A DNA stretch of 64,000 nt, from NCBI GenBank assembly GCA_963765205.1, contig CAVXVB010000005.1, forward strand, positions 96,001 through 160,000, in the 5' to 3' direction. Both the position numbers and the translations under genes were made by a program. The notes under the pieces are model-generated. The model searched no databases and was not told the DNA's origin. It worked only from the letters and a program-made list of their open reading frames with translations. Origin of the DNA: an uncultured Verrucomicrobiae bacterium. Its GTDB lineage: Bacteria; Verrucomicrobiota; Verrucomicrobiia; Opitutales; JABDGR01. Positions 48,985 through 56,899 of the stretch are shown here, piece after piece (positions within the stretch are counted from its first letter, which is position 1; every line of letters starts with the position of its first letter).

Positions 48985-51258
48985 ATGCCTACGCCTGCCT
49001 TCATGCCTGCCATGACCGACGACTCCTGGGTCGCCGGGCTGGCGGCGTTTCTGGAGACTCAGGAGAATGTCGAGGCGCTGGTGGTGGAACCCGGCAAGCG
49101 CCGCATTTCCGTGGCGACGCTCGGCCCGGTGGACGAGGCCCGGCTGCGCGCTCGCCTGGCCGAGACCCTGCGCATCCTCGAAGCCACCCACGATCACAAG
49201 GCCGCCAATACGCTCCCGCCCGGCATGAAGGTGCGCCGTGACGCGGGCCAAATGACGCTCGAAAAGGGCGAGTTATGCACCACGGCGACCCACTTTCGCC
49301 GCTGGCGCGACATTCCCTGGCCGGAAATCGGCCAGACCCGTGCCTACGAAACCGGCGAGGATTGGAAGCTGCTCGCCGGGTTGGCCGGCGCGTGTTTTGT
49401 GTTGCTGATGGCCGGATTTTTTGCCGGGCAATTCGCCCCGGAGGTGCGCTGGCTCGGCCCCGCGCTGTTCATTGCCGCCATGCTCACCGGCGGCTGGGAC
49501 GCCTTTGTGGATTCGCTCGACGGCCTGAAACACCTCCAGGTGGACATCCATTTCCTGATGCTCGCCGTGGCCGCGGGCGCGAGCGCCATCGGGCATTTCG
49601 GCGAGGGCGCGCTGTTACTGTTCTTATTTTCCACCTCCGGCGCGCTCGAGGAATTTGCGCTCCACCGCACCCGCCGCGCGATTGACGCGCTCTTCCGCGC
49701 CGCGCCCAAGACCGCCCGCCGCGAAAAACCCGGCGGCGGCGAGGAAATCGTGCCGGTGGACGACGTGCGCCCGGGCGACATCCTGCTCGCGCGCGAGGGC
49801 GACGCCTTTCCCGTGGACGGCGAAATCCTCTCCGGCAAGACCGCCGCCGACGAGTCAAACCTCACCGGCGAATCCACGCCGGTCGAGAAGCTGCCGGGCG
49901 ACCCGGTTTATTCCGGCACGCTCAATTTGTGGGGCGCGGCGCGGTTCCGCGCGACGGCGGCCGCGGCGGAAAGCTCGCTGCAAAAAATCATCCGCCTCAT
50001 CCAGGACGCGCAGCACCTCAAGGCTCCGAGCCAGCGCTTCACCGACAAATTTGGCACGCCCTACGCGCTGGGCATCCTGGCCACCTCCGCCACGTATTTT
50101 TTGTTCTGCTGGTTCGTGCTCAAAGTGCCGCCGTTTCAAAACAACGGGCTGTATTACTCGGCGTTTTACCGCGCGATGACGTTGCTGGTCGTGGCCAGCC
50201 CCTGCGCGCTGGTGATCTCGATCCCCTCGGCGATTCTCGCGGCCATCGCCTGGGGTGCGCGGCGCGGCATCCTGTTCCGCGGCGGCGCGGCGCTCGAAAA
50301 GCTCGCGGGCGTGGACGTCGTCGCGCTTGACAAGACGGGCACGCTCACGACCGGCGAACTCGTGGTCGAGCGCGTCGAGAGTTTTCCGTCCGGGCGCGAG
50401 GACGACGTGGCGGCGCTGGCGCAGGCGCTCGAACAGGAGGCGAACCATCCGCTGGCGCGCGCGATTGTGCGCCATGGCCGCGACCGCAATTTGCCGGCGC
50501 GCGTGGTGGAGAAGTTTCGCGCCATCACCGGCCAGGGCGTGCAGGGCGAGGTGGACCACGCGCGGTGCTTCCTCGGCCGGCGCGAGCTGGTCGAGCGGGG
50601 GCCGCTGGGCGAGTGGGCCAAGTCGCTGCCGCTGCCGCCACCGGAGTTTGCGGAAGTGTGGCTGGTGTCGGAGAACCTGCTCGGGCGGCTGCTCCTGCGC
50701 GACCAGATTCGCACGCAGTCCGCGCCCGTGCTCGCGGCGCTGAAGGCCGCGGGGCTGCACACCGTCATGCTCACCGGCGACCGGCGCGAAACCGCCGAAG
50801 CGGTCGGCAGGCAGATCGGCCTCGCCGAAGTGCGCGCGGGGTTGGCGCCCTCGGACAAGGTCGCGGTGCTGCGCGAATACAAGGCCCGGGGAAAAACCGT
50901 GGCGATGGTCGGCGACGGCGTGAACGACGCGCCCTGCCTGGCGGCGGCGGACGTGTCGGTCGGCATGGGCGCGCGCGGCAGCGACGCCGCGCTCGAGCAG
51001 GCGGAAATCATCCTCATGGGCGACCGCATCGAATTATTTCTGGACGCGTATCACCTCAGCCAGCGCACGCGCAGAATCATCCATCAAAACCTGATCGTCT
51101 CCCTCGGCACGATTGCGGTGATGGTCGGCGCGTCGCTGCTCGGCATCGTCCCCATCACCCTCGGCGTCGTCGCCCACGAAGGTTCGACCGTCGTGGTGTG
51201 TTTGAATTCGTTGCGGTTGTTGTGGGCGGGGGAAACTCATCGAGAATCCAAAGCATAG
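48985..51258 (+). CDS. Heavy-metal P1B-type ATPase (P1B-4-like; start uncertain)
   Basis: TGES, SPC in TM, DKTGT, HP, GDGVND, HEGST. Confidence 0.9.
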   Translation: MPTPAFMPAMTDDSWVAGLAAFLETQENVEALVVEPGKRRISVATLGPVDEARLRARLAETLRILEATHDHKAANTLPPGMKVRRDAGQMTLEKGELCTTATHFRRWRDIPWPEIGQTRAYETGEDWKLLAGLAGACFVLLMAGFFAGQFAPEVRWLGPALFIAAMLTGGWDAFVDSLDGLKHLQVDIHFLMLAVAAGASAIGHFGEGALLLFLFSTSGALEEFALHRTRRAIDALFRAAPKTARREKPGGGEEIVPVDDVRPGDILLAREGDAFPVDGEILSGKTAADESNLTGESTPVEKLPGDPVYSGTLNLWGAARFRATAAAAESSLQKIIRLIQDAQHLKAPSQRFTDKFGTPYALGILATSATYFLFCWFVLKVPPFQNNGLYYSAFYRAMTLLVVASPCALVISIPSAILAAIAWGARRGILFRGGAALEKLAGVDVVALDKTGTLTTGELVVERVESFPSGREDDVAALAQALEQEANHPLARAIVRHGRDRNLPARVVEKFRAITGQGVQGEVDHARCFLGRRELVERGPLGEWAKSLPLPPPEFAEVWLVSENLLGRLLLRDQIRTQSAPVLAALKAAGLHTVMLTGDRRETAEAVGRQIGLAEVRAGLAPSDKVAVLREYKARGKTVAMVGDGVNDAPCLAAADVSVGMGARGSDAALEQAEIILMGDRIELFLDAYHLSQRTRRIIHQNLIVSLGTIAVMVGASLLGIVPITLGVVAHEGSTVVVCLNSLRLLWAGETHRESKA

Positions 51259-51270
51259 ATTTTAAAATAT

Positions 51271-51969
51271 ATGCCAAAAAACACACAAGGGTTTATGATA
51301 GGAAACAACTATCCGCTTTTCATTAGCAAAGCTCGGCAGGCGGCAGCTAGCGGAAATCATTCTTTAAACACGCACAATAATTTCGGGATCGACGCGCTAT
51401 TTTTCAGTGCGACCGCATTGGAGGCATTCATTAATGATTATCCTGTCTTGATCAAACCGTTTTTGGTGTATGAAGCAGAAAAAGGTAAACAACCTGAATG
51501 TATAAAATTGGCGTTTAATCTCTTGTGTGAATTAGAAGAGCAACGAGCGAGCACCAAGACAAAATTTGAACTTCTTCATTATATTCTGACTGGTAAAGCA
51601 TTCGACCATGACTTACAGATTTATAAAGACTTGATTTTTTTATTCGAACTTAGAAACGAAATAGCCCATCCAAAGGTCAGAAATATCAGTCTTAAAAAGG
51701 ACGAATTTGAAATCGACGAAACAGCACAACTTCAGAGTGTTAAAGCGCGCTTACAATCTCGCAATCTTTTATCGGGGCATGAAAATTTCTACGGACCCCT
51801 CTACGTTATGCTTGAAGCTAAAACGGTCGCAGATTGGTCTGTTCGTCTTGCCATTGATGTAGTGAACTACTTTGTTGAGACAACGCCTGAATGCCGCTTT
51901 AAAAAAGAACTTTTGGTGAGCTACATTATTCCTGACAAAGCCAAGTATATTGCGACAGGCAAAAAATGA
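51271..51969 (+). CDS. AT-rich hypothetical protein with HEPN-like signature
   Basis: ATALEAFIN helix and RNEIAH (Rx4H); abrupt drop in GC. Confidence 0.55.
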   Translation: MPKNTQGFMIGNNYPLFISKARQAAASGNHSLNTHNNFGIDALFFSATALEAFINDYPVLIKPFLVYEAEKGKQPECIKLAFNLLCELEEQRASTKTKFELLHYILTGKAFDHDLQIYKDLIFLFELRNEIAHPKVRNISLKKDEFEIDETAQLQSVKARLQSRNLLSGHENFYGPLYVMLEAKTVADWSVRLAIDVVNYFVETTPECRFKKELLVSYIIPDKAKYIATGKK

Positions 51970-52022
51970 ATCGGAATCTAAGACTTGTGTCTTAGGGCTG
52001 TGGGGAGCACGCCCCAACGGGC

Positions 52023-52709
52023 CGCGTAGCGGCCGGATGAAAATAGCCGTGGGCTTTCAGCCCACGGAATCGGTCTGGTCGGTCGGTGCGTCGCGTAGTG
52101 ACGCTTGAAGGGGCACAAAAATCGGGTTGCCGATTATCCCCATCGTGCAATGATGACACCCATGGCCAATACTTATGCGTCGCTTTTCACCCACGTCATC
52201 TTTAGCACCAAAAATCGGGAGGTTTTTATTCATCGCGATATCGAGGCGCGCGTGTGGGCGTATCTTGGCGGCATCGCCCGGGAGAATGGCTTTATCGCGG
52301 CGTGTGTCGGCGGCATCGAAAATCATGTTCATCTGCTGTTATCTTTGCCGCCCGATTTGGCGGTCAGCAAAGCGGTGCAATTGCTTAAAGGCGGTTCTTC
52401 GGCGTGGATCAAGCAGGCCTTTCCCAAGGTTCCGACTCTCCGAGATTTTGCCTGGCAGGATGGATACGCCGCGTTTTCCGTCAGCAAATCGCAGGTTGAA
52501 GAGGTTCGGCGATACATCGAGTCCCAGCGGGAGCATCATCGAGTTAAGACATTCGAGGAGGAGTATCGGGCGTTTTTATCAAAACATCAAATTGTCTGCG
52601 ACGAGAAATATTTATTGGGCTAAGTTCAAGCGTCGCTACGCGACGCTTCGTTGTCCGGGTTGGTTCCGTGGGCTGAAAGCCCACGGCTATTTTCAACCCT
52701 CGCTACGCG
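52023..52709 (+). mobile_element. REP-flanked Y1 (IS200/RAYT-like) transposase module
   Basis: Perfect 31-bp IR (52038-52068 / 52665-52695), 21/22 IR (52088-52109 / 52625-52646), outer CGCGTAGCG / CGCTACGCG. Confidence 0.8.
52162..52623 (+). CDS. tnpA: HUH Y1 transposase TnpA
   Basis: HVIFSTKNR, NHVHLL (HUH), KGGSS, WQDGYAAFSVS, YIESQREHH. Confidence 0.92.
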   Translation: MANTYASLFTHVIFSTKNREVFIHRDIEARVWAYLGGIARENGFIAACVGGIENHVHLLLSLPPDLAVSKAVQLLKGGSSAWIKQAFPKVPTLRDFAWQDGYAAFSVSKSQVEEVRRYIESQREHHRVKTFEEEYRAFLSKHQIVCDEKYLLG

Positions 52710-52759
52710 AGGGTAAATTAAGCGTCGTTGGTGACTATCAAAGGTTTTGCAGGCATCGA

Positions 52760-52942
52760 TTAGCGCATACGCGGGCGCAACCCCGCGGTCATTTCTCTTT
52801 CAGACTGGGCGATTTTGGCCGTGAAAGAGTCCGTTAACGCCAATTGGTCTTCCAGGACATTCTCCAACCAGTCATGGACTTGACGCATCTCGCCTGGCGA
52901 CAGATTGTTGATAGCCGACTCGATTTCCTTAACCGTGCTCAT
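52760..52942 (-). CDS. Small antitoxin-like protein
   Basis: MSTVKEIESAINNLSPGEMRQVHDWL resembles addiction-module components. Confidence 0.5.
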   Translation of the reverse strand: MSTVKEIESAINNLSPGEMRQVHDWLENVLEDQLALTDSFTAKIAQSEREMTAGLRPRMR

Positions 52943-53025
52943 GGTTGGCACCATGGCAAAATTGGAGTCCGAAAGCAAGCACGGGGTGGCGATGTTTCAA
53001 ATGACGTTGCTACCCGCTTGATCAG

Positions 53026-53232
53026 CTAGGCCTGTGGGGCTGTTGGAGACGTGGTTGCGGAAGCAGGCACGGCCGGTTTGCCCTGGCTGGCCGCCCGGCG
53101 CTGCTCGCTGGCCGCCTGCTGTTTGGCGAGGAAGCGCTTGGTGCTCGCGAAATCCTTGGCCTTGGGGGCCCAGCCGCCGGCCATCGTGGCTTTGTTCATC
53201 GGCGGACGGTTCTGTTGGGAGGAGTTTTGCAT
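53026..53232 (-). CDS. Small hypothetical protein
   Basis: 68-aa ATG ORF divergent from rplY. Confidence 0.35.
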   Translation of the reverse strand: MQNSSQQNRPPMNKATMAGGWAPKAKDFASTKRFLAKQQAASEQRRAASQGKPAVPASATTSPTAPQA

Positions 53233-53339
53233 GAATCCAAGCTAAACGGCCGGTGGAATTCAGTCAAACATGTTTACGGGTAAATAGGGTGGCCAAGGCC
53301 GGCCTAAGGGTGGGTTTCCCGGCCCCCGCCTTTTAGCTC

Positions 53340-53367
53340 TTGCAATTGCGCGCGAGAGTGCTACTTT
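53340..53367 (+). promoter_or_regulatory. Putative sigma70 promoter of the rplY operon
   Basis: TTGCAA-16 bp-TACTTT with an extended -10 TG. Confidence 0.45.
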
Positions 53368-53430
53368 AACCCTTTTTCCCCCTTTCCAAGCGGGGGTGTG
53401 CGTATCTTTGCGCCCGCCGCCGCGCCCGCC

Positions 53431-54270
53431 ATGAAGCTGCTAAAACTTCCCGTCCACCCCCGCGCCAAAACCGGCCGCGGCCCCGCCCGCCGCCTGCGCG
53501 CGGCCAGCGAAATCCCCGCCGTCATTTACGGCAAGTCCGGCGTGCGCCACCTGACCGTCAAGGAACCCGAGTTCCGCCTGCTGATGCGCGCGGTGGCCGG
53601 CACCGCCGCCCTCGTCGAAATTTCCGACCAGACCGGCACGGCGACCCTCTCCCTCTTGCAGGAAGTCCAGCGCGATGCGCGCACCGACCATTTCGTCCAC
53701 ATTGACCTGCGCGAAGTTTTCGCCAACGAACCGATGCGCGCGGGCGTGCCCGTGCGCGTCTTCGGCGAGTCCATCGGCGTGAAGCTCGAAAGCGGCATCA
53801 TCGAAGTCAGCCGCCACGAGTTGTTTGTGCGCTGCCTGCCCAAGGATTTGCCCGACATTATTTCCGTGGATGTGTCCGATCTGCACGCCGGCCACTCCAT
53901 CCACGTCAGCGACCTCAAGCCGATTCCCGGGGTGACTTTTGCCGACCGCGCCGACGAAGTGGTGGTCGCCTGCGTCGTTCCGAAGGTCGAGGAAGAACCC
54001 GTCGCCGCCGAAGCCGTGCCTGTCGAGGGCGAGGCCGCCGCGACCGCCGAAGGCGCGACACCCGCCGAGGGCGAAGCCGCCAAGCCGGGCGACGCGAAAG
54101 CCGCCGGCGCCAAGGGCGCTGCTCCCGCCGCCGGTGCCAAAGGTGCCCCTGCGGCTGGCGCCAAGGGTGCCGCTCCCGCCGCTGGCGCGAAGGGTGCCCC
54201 TGCTGCTGCGCCCGCCAAAGGTGCTCCGGCCAAGGGTGCTCCCGCCGCGAAACCCGCCGGCAAAAAATAA
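53431..54270 (+). CDS. rplY: 50S ribosomal protein bL25/CTC with repetitive AKGA tail
   Basis: ARRLR...IPAVIYG, HIDL, DLHAGHSIHVSDL. Confidence 0.95.
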   Translation: MKLLKLPVHPRAKTGRGPARRLRAASEIPAVIYGKSGVRHLTVKEPEFRLLMRAVAGTAALVEISDQTGTATLSLLQEVQRDARTDHFVHIDLREVFANEPMRAGVPVRVFGESIGVKLESGIIEVSRHELFVRCLPKDLPDIISVDVSDLHAGHSIHVSDLKPIPGVTFADRADEVVVACVVPKVEEEPVAAEAVPVEGEAAATAEGATPAEGEAAKPGDAKAAGAKGAAPAAGAKGAPAAGAKGAAPAAGAKGAPAAAPAKGAPAKGAPAAKPAGKK

Positions 54271-54336
54271 TCTTTTCACCGCGCTCGCCACGGGTGGACA
54301 CCCGCGGCGAATCCGGCGCGCATCGTTCTTTGAGAC

Positions 54337-54915
54337 ATGTCCATCGCCGTCATCGCCGGCTTGGGGAATCCGGGCGCGGAATATTTCCGCACCCGGCACA
54401 ACCTCGGCTTTTGGCTGGTCGTGGCCCTGGCCCGCGAGGCCGGTGCCGCGTTTCGCGTGGAGCCGCGTTTTCAGGCGGAAGTCGCGCGGGCCGATTTTGC
54501 GGGCCGCGCGGTCTGGCTGCTTAAGCCGCTAACGTTCATGAACGACAGCGGCGCGGCGGTCGGCCCCTTCCTCCATTTCCACAAAGTGCCTCCTGCGGCG
54601 CTGGCAGTCGTCCATGACGACATCACGCTGCCGCTGGGCCGGATGAAAATCACCGTCCGCGGCAGCGCCGGCGGCCACCACGGCATCGCGAGCCTCCTGG
54701 CGCACGTCGGCGACGGTTTCGCCCGCGTCAAGCTCGGCATCGGCGGCAAGCCCCATCCCGCCATGGATTTGGCCGACCACGTCCTCAGCCGCCTGACCTC
54801 GGAGGAGGAAGCCGCCCTCGCCGCGCGCCAGCCCGATTTTCTGTCCGCCCTGCGCCTGTTAATCGCCGAAGGCCCGGACGCCGCGATGAATCAAGTCAAC
54901 GGAAGTAAGAAGTAA
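54337..54915 (+). CDS. pth: Peptidyl-tRNA hydrolase
   Basis: GLGNPG.EY..TRHNLGF, KPLTFMNDSG, GGHHG. Confidence 0.95.
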   Translation: MSIAVIAGLGNPGAEYFRTRHNLGFWLVVALAREAGAAFRVEPRFQAEVARADFAGRAVWLLKPLTFMNDSGAAVGPFLHFHKVPPAALAVVHDDITLPLGRMKITVRGSAGGHHGIASLLAHVGDGFARVKLGIGGKPHPAMDLADHVLSRLTSEEEAALAARQPDFLSALRLLIAEGPDAAMNQVNGSKK

Positions 54916-55097
54916 GAATTAGGATTTAAGAAGTAAAACCCAAGACTCCAACCCAGCACCCAACCACTTTCCACCACCCGCAACTTGCCCCGGGCAACTT
55001 GTCGCCCCAACCTGCAACCTTTCAACCTGCAACCTGCACCGTCCCCGCCCAACTCGAAACTAAAAACTAAAAACTCGAAACTCGAAACTCGAAACTA
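54903..55097. repeat. Cluster of three heptamer arrays (TAAGAAG, AACCTGC, AACTCGA)
   Basis: Directly visible between pth and rpsF. Confidence 0.8.
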
Positions 55098-55106
55098 ATT
55101 TTCCCC

Positions 55107-55406
55107 ATGTCCAAACCCGCCAACCGCACCTACTCCGCGACCTTCCTGCTCGACACCCGCGGCTACACCGAACCGGTGGACACGCTCGTGGCCAAAATGC
55201 GCGACGCCATCATCGCCATCCAGGGCGAAGTCACCAAAGTCGAGAACCACGGCCAGCGCGAGTTCCAGCGCCCCCCCTCGCGTGCCTACCCGAACGGGAT
55301 TTTCGTCACGTTCAATTTCACCGGCCCGATCTCGGCCCCCGCCGCCCTGCGCGAAAAAGTCCGTCTCGACCCCCACGTCAACCGCCTCCTCGTCCAATCC
55401 GCTTAA
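55107..55406 (+). CDS. rpsF: 30S ribosomal protein bS6
   Basis: 99 aa; Y...FLLD, GEVTKVENHGQREF, LDPHVNR; position before ssb. Confidence 0.85.
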   Translation: MSKPANRTYSATFLLDTRGYTEPVDTLVAKMRDAIIAIQGEVTKVENHGQREFQRPPSRAYPNGIFVTFNFTGPISAPAALREKVRLDPHVNRLLVQSA

Positions 55407-55922
55407 ATGGCCTCCTTCAACAAAGTCATTTTGATGGGCAACCTCACGCGCGATCCCGAGATGCGCGTGACGCCCGGCGGCATGGCCATTTGCAAGTTCA
55501 CCGTGGCCTGCAACCGCAAGTTCAAGATGCAAAATGGCGAGGAGCGCGAGGACGTCGCCTTCATTGACGTGGATTCTTTCGGCAAACAGGCCGAAGTGAT
55601 CGCCAAGTATTTCACCAAAGGTAAGCCCATCTTGCTCGAAGGCCGCTTGAAGCTGGACAAGTGGGAGGACAAAACCACCAAGGAAAAACGCAGCAAACTC
55701 GGCGTCGTGCTTGAAACCTTCACTTTTGTCGGCGGCGGTCGCGGTGAAGGCGGCGAACCCGGCGGCGAATCCGCTGGCGGCGAACCCCCCCCCGCCGGCG
55801 CGAATTACGACGATTCCGCCCCCCCCGCCCGCCCCGCGCCCCGCGCCGCGGCCGGCTCACCCCCCCCCTCCCCCCGCCCCCCCCCCCCCGCCGACCACAT
55901 TGACGAAGACGTGCCGTTCTGA
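55407..55922 (+). CDS. ssb: Single-stranded DNA-binding protein
   Basis: NKVILMGNLTRDPE, KGKPILLEGRL, C-terminal DEDVPF. Confidence 0.97.
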   Translation: MASFNKVILMGNLTRDPEMRVTPGGMAICKFTVACNRKFKMQNGEEREDVAFIDVDSFGKQAEVIAKYFTKGKPILLEGRLKLDKWEDKTTKEKRSKLGVVLETFTFVGGGRGEGGEPGGESAGGEPPPAGANYDDSAPPARPAPRAAAGSPPPSPRPPPPADHIDEDVPF

Positions 55923-55998
55923 CCGAAATTAAAATCTACCCCGGATGACACGGATTCGAGAATTCGCCACCTCTGCTTTACCCGCGAAATCCGCAGTC

Positions 55999-56085
55999 AA
56001 ACACCAAGCACTAAAACACCAAGCACCAGAACACTTCGTCTTGTCCCTTATTTCTTACTTCTTAATTCTTACCTCTTAATTCCTT
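55999..56085. repeat. Heptamer arrays (CACCAAG; TTCTTAC/TTCTTAA)
   Basis: The second array is the reverse complement of the TAAGAAG array at about 54903-54935. Confidence 0.75.
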
Positions 56086-56089
56086 TCCC

Positions 56090-56797
56090 ATGTCCCACTC
56101 CGAAATTCTCCTTCTCAAACCCATTGACGGCCTCGGCGGCGAGGGCGACCTCGTCCGCGTCCGCGCCGGTTACGCGCGCAATTTCCTGCTCCCGCAGCAC
56201 TTCGCTGTGCCCGTCACGCAGGCCAACCGCAAGCACATCGAGTCCCTCAAGGGTCGCCGCATCGTGCGCGAGGCCACGGAACTCACCGGCGCGCGCGAAC
56301 TGGCCGAGCGCCTGAAAGGCGTGGCCGTGGCGTTCGCGGTCAAGACCGGCGAGGGCGGCAAAATGTTTGGCTCCGTCACCCAGGGCGACCTGCACGCGAA
56401 GCTCACCGAGCAGGGCTACGTGCTGGAAAAGAAGCGCGTCCACATCGCCGGCGGCCATGTCAAGACCCTCGGCAAGCACGAGGCCACCATTAAGCTCCAC
56501 CCCGAAGTCACGGTTGAAATTTCTTTTGAAGTCGTGTCCGAGAACCCGATTGTCGAGACCAAGGCCGCCGAAGCGCCCCCCGCGCTGGACAAAGACGGCA
56601 AGCCCCGCAAACCCCGCCGTAGCTACGAGGAAAGCGCCGCGCCCCAGAAGGAGCGCAAGAGCGCCGTCGAAATGCTCCTCGACTCTCTCGGCACCGCCCC
56701 CGCCGCCGAAAAACCCGCCGCCGGCGACGACAAAACCAAGAACAAGGGCAAAAAGAAAAAGACCAAAGGCAAGTCCAAGGGCGGCGACAGCGAGTAG
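56090..56797 (+). CDS. rplI: 50S ribosomal protein bL9 with Lys-rich C-terminal extension
   Basis: LG.EGD.V.VRAGYARNFLLP, GKMFGSVT, KTLG.H. Confidence 0.95.
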   Translation: MSHSEILLLKPIDGLGGEGDLVRVRAGYARNFLLPQHFAVPVTQANRKHIESLKGRRIVREATELTGARELAERLKGVAVAFAVKTGEGGKMFGSVTQGDLHAKLTEQGYVLEKKRVHIAGGHVKTLGKHEATIKLHPEVTVEISFEVVSENPIVETKAAEAPPALDKDGKPRKPRRSYEESAAPQKERKSAVEMLLDSLGTAPAAEKPAAGDDKTKNKGKKKKTKGKSKGGDSE

Positions 56798-56899
56798 GCT
56801 CAGGCGGGAAGTGTGAAGCGTGGAGGGTGAAATGTGGAGTTGCGGGACTTCGATTCCGGCTCGCCACGGTAGTGCATTGCGTTACAACAGAACGCATCC

